A DNA stretch of 64,000 nt from Hydrolagus affinis. Taxonomy: Eukaryota. Where the stretch lies: assembly GCA_012026655.1 (NCBI GenBank), contig JAAILG010000151.1, positions 1 through 64,000 on the forward strand, in the 5' to 3' direction. The translations under genes were made by a program, and so were the position numbers. This document shows positions 1 to 12,662 of the stretch, piece by piece. The notes beneath the pieces were generated by a model. It was not told the origin of the DNA and did not search any database. It worked only from the letters and a program-made list of their open reading frames with translations. Within the stretch, counting starts at the first letter, position 1. Each line of letters opens with the position of its first letter.

Positions 1-247
1 TGAGGTGGAGAGTGCAGCCTTGGATGTTGAGGCTGGCAGCGCCCGATGTGCGGAGGCGCTGGCTTGAGCCGATCAGGAGGGCCTCGGTCTTACTCACGTT
101 CAATTGCAGGAAATTGTCCCTCGTCCAGGACTCAATGTCAGACAGACATGCTGTCAGAACATCGATGGTCTAGGGGTTGAGGGATGAGGCAGAAAGGTAC
201 AGCTGGGTGTCGACCACGTACATGTGGAAATTTACCCCATGTTTGCG
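1..247 (-). mobile_element. L2-clade LINE reverse transcriptase fragment (degenerate, runs off the window start)
   Basis: Minus-strand translation RKHGVNFHMYVVDTQLYLSASSLNP*TIDVLTACLSDIESWTRDNFLQLNVSKTEALLIGS matches the L2 RT motifs H-x-YADDTQLY and WM-x-x-N-x-LQLN-x-x-KTE. It has an in-frame stop and is homologous to 10209-10703. Confidence 0.9.
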
Positions 248-1490
248 CCTACACAGCCTACACAGAACATTTCAAGGTGTTAAAATTGTGTTTGATGATC
301 TGAAACTAGCAGAATGTAAAGAACGTTGATTGGTTTGCTGAGTATTGCTGTATTTTCATTACAGAAAAGATTTCAACAAGTCAATTCTCACATTCCTTAC
401 TCTGCCCGTGTTCTCTGTTACACACCCAATCAGATCAACATAAACAGTGACAAATAATTGAATCATTTTACTTTGAGGTTGCTGCACCTCACTGTAGTTT
501 TCTCTTTGTATAACTAAACACATATTTTATGTATACCCACAGATGTTGCCAACAAATTGCTTGAGACATATCCTCCAATCAGTCCCATGTCAAACTGTTC
601 CTTAATTAGTCAGACATTGTAAACTGAAATGTTGAGTCTCCAGTCTGGTTCTTTGATATTGATTTATTTCTATATTTAACACCAGTGTCTCATCTGAGGA
701 AAGTTATGAAAGTATGGTAGGACATTCTGTGCATGAGGTTCATAGGAGCCTATGTTCACATTCCTCTTCTGTTGTATATCATACATCAGTCAACATCTGG
801 AACTGATCACCAGTGCCCAGATTCTTACATTCTAAGAATTTAATTGCATTTGAAGTGCACATCCTGGACACATTCTTATATTGGGGCTCCGGTACCAGGT
901 TCATGTATGTTATACTCAGTCATGAAAATAAAGAGCACAACCTCAGCTTGTATATTAATTATGACTTCAAATCGTGTTGCATTCACTTAATTGTGGAGTA
1001 AATACGGTTTTGTAAGTGCAACGAGCTCAAGGATTTCCACTTCAGAGAGTGGTTGAGGAAACCACTAACCTTTTAACACGAGTATGGCAATATCCCATTA
1101 GTCCAGGATGTGTCCCAGAGGTGATGAAACACAGCAGTGTGCTCTTGCAGATATGAGGAGTCTCATGACTTCTGTATTGATTTGTAGGAACCTCCCTGTT
1201 ACGAATTGGAAAGCACCTCCTTGAAAAAGGAAAGACTCAATTGACACTGCCTGACCTGTGCTGAAGGATAGATGGATATCAACTTTTTCAAGAGATGTGG
1301 AGTGCTCATACAGCTCCGCTTGTCTAAAGACACACAAATAGCTAATGTCTAAGGCTGAACACACGTCTAGGGCTAATATCTAACCACTTTTCTCCTCGTC
1401 TCTCTTGAATGCAGCAATTCATGTTGGCAGTATAGTAACATGGGATATGGCAGTTCTCCGAAGCCTTTTCCAAGTGCTGATACTCTATAT

Positions 1491-1692
1491 AAACACAGAA
1501 GTCGCTGGAAACATGCAGCAGATCGGGCAGCATCTATGGAGAGAGGAAAATAAGTTAATATTTCAGGTCAATGACCATTCTGTCAGAAGAGAGGAATTTT
1601 CCTCTCTTCATAGATGCTGCCTGACCTGATGCATGTTCCCAGTGACTTCTGTGATTATACTAGATGCCCACCATCTGCAGTACTCTGCCTTT
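1491..1692. mobile_element. Penelope-like (PLE)-derived palindromic element, copy A
   Basis: 57-nt inverted arms at 1494-1550 and 1597-1653 (6 mismatches by manual alignment), with a decayed hammerhead-like core on the minus strand (ctgacagaa-tggtcattgacct-gaaa). Homologous copies at 21918 and 30118. The PLE assignment rests on recalled shark repeats. Confidence 0.7.
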
Positions 1693-2033
1693 TGGAGCTT
1701 CTGTGGTTAGAGCACTTGTCTTGCAAGCCGGGGAGACCAAGCTGGGGGACCTGTGTTCGAATCCAGGCAGGTCAGGGCGAAACCTTGGGCAAGTTTCATT
1801 ACTCCAAGCGCCTAATAATAATCCGTCCAAAAAACCCACAATAATAAAATTGGTCTTTCAATCCACGACTGTTTGTGGGACACTGCTGTGCGCAATTGGC
1901 TGCCGCGATTCACCCACAAATATACAGTCAATTCACTTTACAGTATATTCTGTGAAGCATTTTGGGGTGTCGATAAAATGTGAAAAGCACTATATAAAAT
2001 GCAAGGATTATTATTATATATTATATTATTATT
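1691..2033 (+). mobile_element. tRNA-derived SINE with L2-type tail (resembles elephant-shark SINE2-1_CM type)
   Basis: A-box-like tggttagagc, B-box gttcgaatcc, body ctgtttgtgggacactgctgtgcgcaattggctgccgcg, tail gtgaaaagcactatat..gcaagga(tta)n. Many copies in the window. Confidence 0.9.
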
Positions 2034-3551
2034 TTGTTTATTCTCCTTGTTTGAGCTCAGTTACTGAGTGGCAACCAGCAGGCCGTTTGATCTTGAAGAG
2101 GGTAATCGTTGAGCCTGTTCCTGTCTTGACACATACATACTTTCCATGAAGAGTTGCTCAATATATTCAACTGTGAGAATCTTATCTAGCTGCCAAGATG
2201 GTTTAAAAGCTCAATTATCCAGGTTAAGGTTCATTTCAGGTCACTTAATTTTCTATTTTCTACTGATTTTATACCTCACTTTTTACTGTCTGCATTCAGA
2301 GCCTTGATCATCTTTTATCTATTGCCTGTTCACTTTGTCTGGGCAATGCCAGCAATAGTTGGAATTCAGCCATTATCTAAAATTTGAATTTAGAAGTGTT
2401 ATGGTTTGCTAAAACAATTATTTTGTGTGTGTGAGCACAGTATTTGGATGTGTGTAAGTTTTCATGTGATTTACCTTAATATTAAATCATTTCATTTGCA
2501 CCTCATTTGCCCTAAGAAGATAGCTTTGTTGTAGTTTCGTTGAGTGGATGTGGACAAAAATGGAACCATCACAAATAGGCTGAATGGAAGCTTTTCACTT
2601 TGTGGGAATGGTACTGAGAGAACCTTTGGATTTATTGCTGAAGGCCATTGTTGGTGCTCTCAGTTGGGATGCTTGAAAGTATGTTTTGAAAACAGCTAAT
2701 TCTAAAGGCAAAAAGTTCAATAAGCCTCAGCAGTATCTTATTCCTTGGCATACAGCAATACGCTTGAATGAAGCGGTTACCACCAGATGTTAGATATGTG
2801 AAAGGCTCAGTTTGTTTTTCTGCTGAAGGCTGGGTTAGAAACTGAATTGAAGTGTTCTCAACAAATGTGAAAGCTTGAAAGAACAAATCAATTAAAATAA
2901 CTCCTTTTTTGTTGACCAAAGAAAAGTATTTAAATGCGACTCTGGAAACAGGACATTTTTGCCAAAGTTGTTGTTGGCTGCTTTCCTGGAAACCTTTTGT
3001 TGGCGAGCAGCCAGACTTATAGCAGATTTGTGCTGCCTTGTGAAGGGGTAAAGATGGAGAAATTTCAAGACCATACTTTCATCTTTCCTTTCAAGTTCAC
3101 AAAGTTCCAACTTTATGCCTGAGAAACCATTCTGTAGAGGTTACCAGTAGTTACCATTAACGCTACCATAATGCTAACATTAACTAGCAAAGGCTGGTTG
3201 GAAATCAAGATTTTATGGAGGGGAGGCAGGGGGATAGGGGGAAAGAGGGACAGAAAAATCCTAAAATGAGTCATTTATTAAAATCTGTTTTAACTGGAAG
3301 CTGAATCTTGACCTTGACATTCTGAACTCAGTTAATGCAAAATTAGATTAACACGTTTCAGCTCAGCCGGAAGTCAAGCGTTCTCTGAACATAAATACTA
3401 ATAGTGTAAAAATCTCAGTCTGTTCCTCTGGCTATTAGGTCAGCAATACACTCCTTCACAATGAATCTACTCCACCTATCTTGGCTAGGCTTCCTTCCAT
3501 AACAACCAAAAATACAGATTGTATTTGGTGTTTAACCCCACTACTATTGGG

Positions 3552-3836
3552 ACATCTCGCCTTACAAGCGAGAAGCCTGGGTTCATTTCCACGCGGCGTG
3601 AAACCTTGGGCAAGTTTCCTTCCTCCACACGCCTGATAATAACCCTTCAAGAAAACCCCCCAATAATAAATTGATCATTTCAATCTACAATTGTTTGTAG
3701 GACACTGCTGTGCGCAATATTGGCCGCCGCGTTTCGCCCACAAATATACAGTCAATTCAATTTACATTCTGTGAAGCGCTTTGAGACGTCTAGAAAATGT
3801 GAAAAGCGCTATATCAAATGCAAGTACAATTATTAT
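3552..3836 (+). mobile_element. tRNA-derived SINE, near full length
   Basis: Aligns by eye to 1691-2033 from the tRNA head (ggttcatttcc) to the tail aagcgctttgagacgtctagaaaatgtgaaaagcgctatatcaaatgcaag. Confidence 0.9.
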
Positions 3837-5442
3837 CTCTGGCAGAGCAGCTATGCCATTCATTCGTAATTATACGTGCATTTGATAGTAACTGATTGTG
3901 TGAAGTGCTTGGAGACCCTTTGACCATGGTAAGCATTATATCAAAAGCAACTGTTACACTTCTGGGCAAGTAACCAATTTCTTTATATAATGCAAGGTTT
4001 GCAAGGACAGCTACTACATTTGTACTGTGTATATAATTCACACAGTTGGCTAAAGCTTGAAGCAAATTCCACTACTGAACACCAAACTTTTAAATCCAGA
4101 CATGAAAGGGTAGATTATGAATAACAGCACAGTCAGATAATGTTCCAGCGCACATTGGAAACATACATTACCTGGAAATGATCTGAGTGAAAGACACATT
4201 CAGACCTCACTTTCTGGCTGTGTTAACTCTGTTCTGATGTGGTGCTGTGATATGATGACGTACTGATACGAAACCCAGTAGGGAGGAGATGAAATTTTAT
4301 ACTGGAATGTTAACTCCAGTATCTCGAGTGGATTTGAGCTGCAAACTTCCCTCCATGGGAGCTTGAATTGAATTCCCTACAACAAGTACTTTGCAGTATA
4401 AATGGGCTTTCAAATTAGTTACATGTTCAGTTAAGTGGTGAGTACCGTCTTAAACGTTATTCTTGTGAGAGCCATGAACCTGAAAGGATAGAGAACGAGA
4501 TTGATTTTACTTCGCTATACACTCTGGCAGCAGAACAGACTTTTGCTCCATCTGTGTGTGTGAAGAGAAAACAGTAGGGTACTGTGGCTTGTAAGCTCAG
4601 CAAGGTCTGAGACTAACGTCAGCCATATTTATTATTCATAGCATGTTGTGAGCTTGTGTCCATTCCCTTGGGGAAATCGCCGCTTCTGTACTCTAATGTG
4701 CTGACATGTGCCATTTTTAATGAGTGTAACCCTAGTCCAATATCTGACTCTCTTCCAGGACATCCAGTCAATCTGTCAGGCCTGGGATAAACAGATCAGA
4801 AAAGTAGGTTAAATATATAGGTGAGAAACAGTATAGGGACTGAGACCCAGGAAAGAAATGCTTCTGGTCCATGTTGTTTGGGCCAGTGAGGGTCTTGGAC
4901 AGAACGTGGAATTATGATCAAATCAAGCTGGTTCTTTGTTAAATTTCAGTATGTGGAGGAGGTAAAACTTTTTTTCTAGTTTGGATGTTGAAAGCTACAA
5001 ATGGCATTTATTTTTAATCTGCAAATGGTTTTGAAACCTGTGAGGGTAATTTACGGCTTGAGTGGTAATATTAGTTGCCACATCAGTCTGTATATCAAAG
5101 AGGAACTTGTGAGCTTTCAAACTGACTCCTTTTAAAAAGCTGGGAAATCTCATTACACTCAGGCTTTGCATACAGTAACAGAGCATTCAAGAGAAGAGAT
5201 TTAATTGGTGCCATCTTATCAAGGAAGATTTAAATAACCAATGTAGGACTTGATCCGGATCAAGTATTGTGCAATTTGTGTCATAAATCTGTGTGTTTAA
5301 AACTGTGTAAGTGCTGTGCTGTAACAAATTGATTTGATTGTTGAATATTTTGTTTTGAGGACCTTGCAGTGAATTTTCAGTATATATTAATATTTTGAAG
5401 TAAAGCTATGTTAAAGTAAAGTACTGTAACTTATGTACACTT

Positions 5443-5621
5443 AATAAAAACAATAAATTGGTAATTTCAATCCACGACTGTTTTTGGCGATACTGCTGTG
5501 CGCAATTGGTTGCTGCTTCTTTTCGCCCATAAATATTCAGTCAATTCACTTTACAGTATATTCTGTGAAGTGCTTTGAGACGTCTAGAATATATATCAAA
5601 TGCAAGATTATTATTATTATT
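5443..5621 (+). mobile_element. 5'-truncated SINE of the same family
   Basis: Contains tcaatccacgactgttt..ctgctgtgcgcaattgg..cagtcaattcactttacagtatattctgtgaagtgctttgagacgtc..(tta)n. Confidence 0.9.
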
Positions 5622-8600
5622 TGAACTGGTGGTAAAGGATATGATTTGTCTCATTGAAAACAATTCAAGATTGTGAAGTCATTCATTCATTTTAGAATTT
5701 AGCAAAATCTGGTTTGATTGCCGAATCTAAACTAAATACTACAGAGTGTGTCTGGAATAGGGAACCATCTCCCTGTAAATTGCCAGTGTAATTGCAGAAT
5801 AATTAATATTTCAATTTCTTCTCTTTTCTTGAATTCTTGTTTGTTGCTTAAATTCCTCAGTTTTGTGTGACTGTTAAAGCTACGGAGGTTTACCATCTGA
5901 TAGAGGTTTACATGTCATACAGACTAGGGGTATTTTAGTTTATAATTACATTGAACTTAATGTGGAGTGAGAGCTAAGCTGCTCCAGCCATTGGCTCACT
6001 AAAACAACTTTTGGTCAAATTGGTCAGATTTCATTGAAAGTTTGACTAATGGTGAAAGTGGATATGATACTACATGGGATTGGAGCCCAGGGTATTTGGA
6101 ATAAAAGTGCTTTAGTCCAACAAGAAAAGATTGGTTTTCCCACTGTTACTGTTTAAACTGGAGCATGGTTGTTTTACATCTTCAACCGTCCTATTACTTG
6201 TCGTCCGAGATTTGATTCTCCTAAATGCAATTCTTTATTCATTCCCAGTGTGATAATTAATACTGACAACTTGGTTGTTACCTTAATGTATAAAATGTTA
6301 AACTACTTGAAGGTATAATGGGATTACAGTGTTTTTCTCTTTGAGTGAATAACAAGCTATCAAAATACAACGGACATGCTTCCGATTAGCCTGGGTGAAT
6401 ACTTATCCAAAGGAATTGCAGAGGGAGGAGGAAAATGTGTTGGGGGTGTTATTCCACTTGCCTGACCTCTGAGAAGCTGCCTCTGAGCCCACAGCTGGAG
6501 GTCTAAGCAGCAATGAGTGTGTGGTCGGAGATAAATAGAGAAGACAAGCTTATCTTGAAATAATAAGAAAAAATGTCCTAACTGATTAGTGTAATGGGAC
6601 ACATAGGCTAAAGTGAAAAGGATTTTACACCCTATTAAATTTGGAGAATTGCATTGGACATATTAGTTAAACCAGAGACTGCTGTTACCAAGTTTTTATT
6701 ATTTTTTAAGCAGCTTTACCTATCAAAGTCGTAATTTAGTGCTTGGAGTGCTATAGGAGTCTGTTGAGTCTTTAGAAACGTGGTGGTGTATTATCAATTA
6801 GACTGCCCTCTGTGATTTCACATATTTTCCTAATTCTGTTTCCTACTGTGAGAATTTTAAAAAGCTACTCGGGTGGGTGGCATTCTGTCTGGCCACACGC
6901 AGCTTTCCTGTTACTCCATCTTTGCAGCATTCTTGTAAGGATACTTAAAAAAAACTGTAGCCACAGCCATAAACTCAGCTGGGACTTTGGAAAGCGACAA
7001 GACACTTAGTTGTGAAATTGTTCGGGTTACCCGAGTGCCTGGGAGAGAGTCTGAAGGATTTGAGCTATAGACCAAGTGATTGTTTTCTGATTGCTGGCTT
7101 TAGGACAGATGTACCATTCATTCCAGATTATTTTGCCTTACGCATTGTCATACATTGTCATACACAGCATTAGAATGTCATGAGAAATGATTTTGATGGA
7201 AACGCTATTTGGGATGATGAAGTGGAAATTCCTGCCTCACGTTGCTAAAGCATCTGTTCATCCGTGGAAACGCTGCCCATTTGTTTCCCGGAGGTGAGCA
7301 GATTGCTAGAATCTCTCACAAACATATACTTAGATGTTGTGACAATAGCTATTATGTTTCACCAGTCATGACTGCTAAAGAAATGGAGAAAGATTCTTGT
7401 TAAATCGTACCCATCTATTTTTGTTAGCCATGATTTAACATTTATAGATAGAGATCCAGCTTTGGCACCTTCATAGTTGACAGTACAGATCAGAAACCGC
7501 GTGATGTTGCCTGAACAAGTGTGACAGTGTGACTTGTCTTGCTGCAGTAGACTCGATTACATTGTCAAACGCTGCAGCGTTGTTAAAGGCAAAATGTCAG
7601 ACTTGTGTACACAGTACTGGTCTAAACCACGGAAAGGCCGTATTTCAAGAATAATGCAGAGAGGGAATCAAATGGATTTCATTGGGCTGCAGAGAGTGAT
7701 ATGTTTTTAACTTAGGAATTGTTTTGTGCAGTAGATTGATGAAATGAGTGTGTGGCGCGAGGAGAATATGTTATGTGCCTCAATGAGCTCAGGCAGGATA
7801 ATGAGGTTTAAGAATGGCCCAGGCAGATGACTTAGGTGCAGATTTGTTATATGGGTCAAGTTGGCTGATGGCTTTTGTGCACCGCATGCTTTCTTCACAT
7901 GGTTGATATCATTAAATACCTGTAATGTTTTCACTGAGTTGTAATGTCATCTTTGGGGGAATTTTCTTGCCTCGTATAAATATGTCTTTTATAATCTTAC
8001 AAAAGAACTCATTCATGATGTTAATATTTCAGGCTGCGATGAAATGTAAGATGGATTCTTCCTTAAATTGCCTTCATGAAAAAACTGGGGATGGTTTATA
8101 TGGAGAGTAAGAGAGAACTGGAATCTGATACAAATCCGTCGCAGCTTCTCCCCAACCCCAAGTTTAACAGTGTGGGAGTTTGGGTCTGAAACAGCAATTC
8201 ATCAAATTGTAACAAGGGGGGATTGACGTAATTCATCTTTCTCTAAAATCTATCATTTCTCTCGCAAGTGACGATTCTCGATGATGTATTACATTCATCA
8301 CCTCTGTAACTCTCCGAAATGGCCATTCTTCAGATGCCAATCCGAACATTACATATTGGCACCTTGTTTGATTGTACACGCCAATAAATAGTGACCAACC
8401 AGGCTTCTCGTCTCTGTAGCACTCATAGCTGTGCTTTTGCTGAGATTCATCAACTCAGCACACACCAGGAATCAACTCTTTGGATTGTTGGATGAGGGCA
8501 GCAATGGAACAGCACAGACAGAGAGACAAGATTGAAAGTCTGTTTGGAGATCACGCTTTAGTAATTCAACTACCGCATAGTAGAAAGAGTGAAGATTCCT

Positions 8601-8632
8601 TTGTGTAAAAGAAGCGTCTGAATTCAGGGTAG

Positions 8633-8849
8633 AATAATAATAATAATAATAATCCTTGCATTGATAAAGCGCTTTTCATGTCTTTTAGACATCTCAAAGC
8701 GCTTCACAGAAAATTCGCTGTAAAGTGAATTGACTATGTATTTGTGGATGAAACCAATTGGCAGCCAATTGCACATAGCAGCGTCCCACAAACAGTCGTG
8801 GATTGTTATATTGTTTTATTTTTTGAGAGATTATTTATTAGGCGTGTGA
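8633..8849 (-). mobile_element. 5'-truncated SINE, minus strand
   Basis: (aat)n followed by the reverse complement of the tail and body (cagcgtcccacaaacagtcgtggattg). Confidence 0.9.
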
Positions 8850-9369
8850 ATCATTAGCAAAGCAGTGCAAAGGGTTAATGTAACAATGAAACAGAGTGGG
8901 AGAGAGAGTAATGCTTTGGAGAGGCAAAGTTGATTGAGAGGAGGGGGAGAAGACAGAGATTAACCATCAAGTTATGTGAATTGGGTAAAAAAAAATGGAC
9001 ATGAACATAATTTTGGTTAAGCCATGTGACAGTTTCCCCAAAAACCTCCAGCCCTATTCCTCTTCACTTGCTGTTATATTACTGAAAACAATCACAAATT
9101 ACGTTTCTCATCTCACATTTACTCCCTCTGTACAATGGCTGCCATGCTTCCGCAATCAGCCAAAGTGGAGATTGAGAATATCTTCACCGTGGTCGCCAAG
9201 GCAGCTCTTAATTGAATCAACAGCGCGTGTGTGCCCGCAGGCCAGACTGCTGGAAGAGTGGTGCTTGATTTTAGCACCTTTTGCTACTTCTGTATTTTAT
9301 AAGGTTAAACGGCCATTGCCATTTAAAGATCAGATTCTTGTGCGACACTCCATCTGCCACAGTGACATC

Positions 9370-10050
9370 TATCTCTCAACACAACATTACTTTATCATAA
9401 ATATTAGAACAGATACCACCATGAATGTCGTATCTATGCACAAGACAGTGTTTCCAGCTTGTTCAAAATGACTTCTCCTTCAAGACATACGCGTCAGAGA
9501 CTTGCTGTAAATGACTGTTAGACGATTCCATCAAACAAACAAATGAAAACACTTTCTACATTTCTGACTGTGGAACAATGAAAAGCAGGTGGTAGTGGTG
9601 GTCCGAATATTATTTAGAAAGATATTGAGTTAAGGCTATGACTAATGCCATTGCAAACTCCTATTCAATCTATCATCATCTGGGTATGTTGCTGTGCTGA
9701 CTGCCTGCACTCTATAAGCTCTTTTTCAATTAATGAACGATGTATTTCAGAAACTCCTATAACTTCAATAATCTCTGATGTAACTGCACCAAATATTTAT
9801 CCAATGATAAAGCTGTATGCTTAAAGTTGTCAGTGATGATTTTGTTGGACGTATACACTATCCTGTCTTCAGTGTCCTGGTCAAATGTTCCCATGTGTCT
9901 GGTTTCAGTTAAACAAAACCTCAACTCGTGCTGTAACTGAACCAGGTTGTTTTTCTGATACGTCATTAGTGTTTCTACTTTGACACGTCCAACAATAACA
10001 GTGTTAGTTAGTGAATTTAGCAGCATATCAGTGGTTTTCAACTCACTCAC
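9370..10050 (-). mobile_element. Ancient, heavily decayed RTE-type LINE endonuclease (APE) relic
   Basis: Collinear minus-strand peptide remnants in shifting frames: VIVGRVKVETLMTYQKNNLVQL..LTETRHMG (cf. IGTWNVRTL..LSETRWTG), VQAVSTATYPDDD (cf. IQVYAPT), EFAMALVIALT (cf. EFC..LVIANT), SWKHCL..HGGICSN (cf. RWR..GADCGSDH). Confidence 0.45.
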
Positions 10051-10208
10051 TTTGTTTCACATTTCCAGTTACCTGCAGCTACTTGTAAAATATTATTTTT
10101 AAACACTTAAGCCGTAAGCACTAGTTTTCCAGTTTTCTTGTACTGTTCTTGTAGAGCCGGGCGAGAAGAATGTTAAAATAAGTGTGCTTAACAATTCACT
10201 GTCTATTT

Positions 10209-10703
10209 ACAACAACAACAAAATTACACTTGTATAGCGCCTTTCGCTCTATAAATGTTGTAGTCGAGCCGGGATGTGATGAAGGCAAGAATGAGAGTTT
10301 CAGTGACCTGAGGAGGTGAGGTAGTGGCTGAGGTGAGGGAAGGCAGAGCGGGTCATGGCTTGGATGTGGGGAAAGAAAGATAATTGAGGATCGAATAAGA
10401 TACCTCGATTCCAGACTGGCTTGGTGAGGGTTGTGAGTGCAACCATTAACATTGATGTAGCCAGTGCCTGATGCGTGAAGGCGCTGGCGTGAGCCAATCG
10501 AGAAGGCCTCGGTCTTGTTGATATTCAACTGTAGAACATTAGCTCTCATCCAGGACTTGGAGTCTGCCAGGCAGGCTGTCAGGACAGTTGTGGTCCTGGA
10601 TTCGAGAGTAGAGGCAGAGAGATAGAGTTGGGTGTCATCCGTATACACGTGGAAGTTGACCTCATGTCTGTGGATGATGACACTAAGTGGGAACATGTAG
10701 ATG
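10209..10703 (-). mobile_element. L2-clade LINE 3' fragment (RT core plus 3' tail, internally deleted)
   Basis: ORF 10196-10696 contains FHVYTDDTQLYLS..SWMRANVLQLNINKTE. Another frame gives ETLILAFITSRLDY, joined almost directly to the tail gaaaggcgctatacaagtgtaatttt(gtt)n. Confidence 0.92.
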
Positions 10704-12609
10704 TTCTGACCTCCTGGTCTAAAGTAGACTCCTGGATTTTAGCTTTACAGATTGCCAGAGTCAAGGTTACAATGGAGATGTGGTCATGTTATTGACTGTT
10801 GGGTTGAGAAGCACAGAGATGTAATGAAAAAGGAACTGAGCAGAAGATAACGTGAATAATCAATTAAAGGCAGTAGTAGGAAACCAGAGATCGACTGGGG
10901 TGCACAACTGAGAGAACTAAAGATAGACAGTCAAGCAGATTAAGGGAAATTGAGATTTGTAAAGATAAATTCAGGAATGATTCCAGCGAAAAAGTAACAA
11001 GAAAAGCAATGGATCTGCGGTCGTGTTATTAATTGTAAGAAAAGCACTGCTGTAATGAGGAGCCAAAAAAAAATGCTTGTGATAGAGAAGAAGAAAAAAA
11101 TAGATGTTGAAGTGGAGTTTAATATTCCAAGTTATTTCAGTTGGGGTCAGGGTGACCTAGACTGAATGTGATGTTCTTCAGTTTCATAGTTCTTTCCAAA
11201 GTACTTCATATCCAAGGAGTGTTAAGTGACATTAATTATCTATGCTCCATTAATCCACAGATGCTAGACTGCTTTTTGGCATGACCACTCACTCCATTGA
11301 TCTTGTTTATTACGGACTTCTGGAACTCTCCTCTTGAATAGTTTAATGCTTTTGTCATTCCCTTGGATGTTTCCAAAGCCTTCAGTTCCTATTACGTATC
11401 TGTCATCAAAGTTATAATTACAGTTAACTTGTTTCCTCTTGAATGACTCTGAGCTGTGGTTGATGGCTCATTTTCTGATTCTTTATCCATCAGCTCTGGG
11501 TTCCCCAGCACCCTGTTCCCACTCCTGTGTTCCAATTCCACATTGGTGACCCCCTCCATTCATCACCCAATCCTTAACATACTTTTACTGACAATTTCAC
11601 TCCAGTCAGTGACTGCCAACTGAGTCATCAGCAGAACTATGGAGGAAGCCTTCCCCAGGTTCTAGTTGTTATCTTGACAGGTACAGAATAAAATATTGCT
11701 GTTGCTTGTTGGGAGGAATCCTTGTAGGAAGGACTCTTTGTTGGAATCCATATATATGTGATGAGCTTGTTTAAATAAGAGATCCCTGAAAAAAATATGC
11801 CCATGACACTCCCCATGCGAGACTATTCCAATGAGGTATAAATCATGTCTATGTCAATCAGTTTAGCGTTCTGGACAGACAGACCGACATTTTGTCTATT
11901 GGTATAGATGTATACAATTTTTGTTGTTTTATGACAGTTCACTATTAGCTCTGTATGTGTTTTTCTCGCGCTGGTTGAGTTTGTAAAGAACAAGTGTGCA
12001 ATGTCTGTGGGGTGTTTGTGGCATTTATTTTCCTCTGGCAGTTCAGTTAAGGGGAGGAGAGTCAGCAGTTTCTGTACAGTGCTATTGTGACAGGAATGCA
12101 ATTTGAGTGGAGGCTGGTATAAAATTGTCTCTGAACAGTTTCCCACTGCCCTGCAGAGTCCAATTTGTACGTTGAGTGAATAGAAATTGAAAATCCAAAA
12201 AGATTTTCTAGTTGCACCCGGCGTGTTAGCTGCTGCTCAGCTGGTGTGTTTTTCTTTGACTGGATTATAGGGTTTCCCATATTTACAGTGCAAATTTGAC
12301 AGCATCCTTTTCGGTATAATATGTTTGATCTCCTTTTTGAAATCCACCAAATGACAGCTCATTCAGTTTGAAGCGTAACCGTGTAAAAGGTTTACAGTTT
12401 GGAAAATCTTCTATTCCAGCTCAATTTAGGGATCCAATTCGCCAACAAGGATACTTAACCACTGCAAATTCCTGATAAGTGAATAACATGGTTCCAAAAA
12501 ATATATTTTCCTTTACCGGGATGGGCTGTTATTTAAGATGCAATGAAAATGTCAACTGTTTTGTCTTGTCAGCTTACACCGAGATAAGGAATGAAAGTTG
12601 CTGGATGAG

Positions 12610-12611
<2 letters not shown>

Positions 12612-12650
<39 letters not shown>

Positions 12651-12662
12651 TGTGAGAGAGAG
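12612..12662. repeat. (CA)n microsatellite followed by short (TG) and (AG) runs
   Basis: About 17 CA units, then cgtgtgtgagagagag. Confidence 0.95.

Noticed and set aside
400-1000. Possible further ancient LINE relics (also 10740-11110, 13300-13700 and 40555-40760)
   Set aside because: Motif resemblance was too weak to support by eye and needs a profile search.
1664-2149. 161-aa ORF and similar ORFs at 37172-37547 and 36459-36897
   Set aside because: Chance read-through of SINE sequence.
8995-9471. 158-aa + strand ORF
   Set aside because: No recognisable domain or splice support, and it partly overlaps the antisense LINE relic.
10196-10696. Functional reverse transcriptase gene (also 42610-43119)
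   Set aside because: Short, frameshifted, internally deleted L2 fragments.
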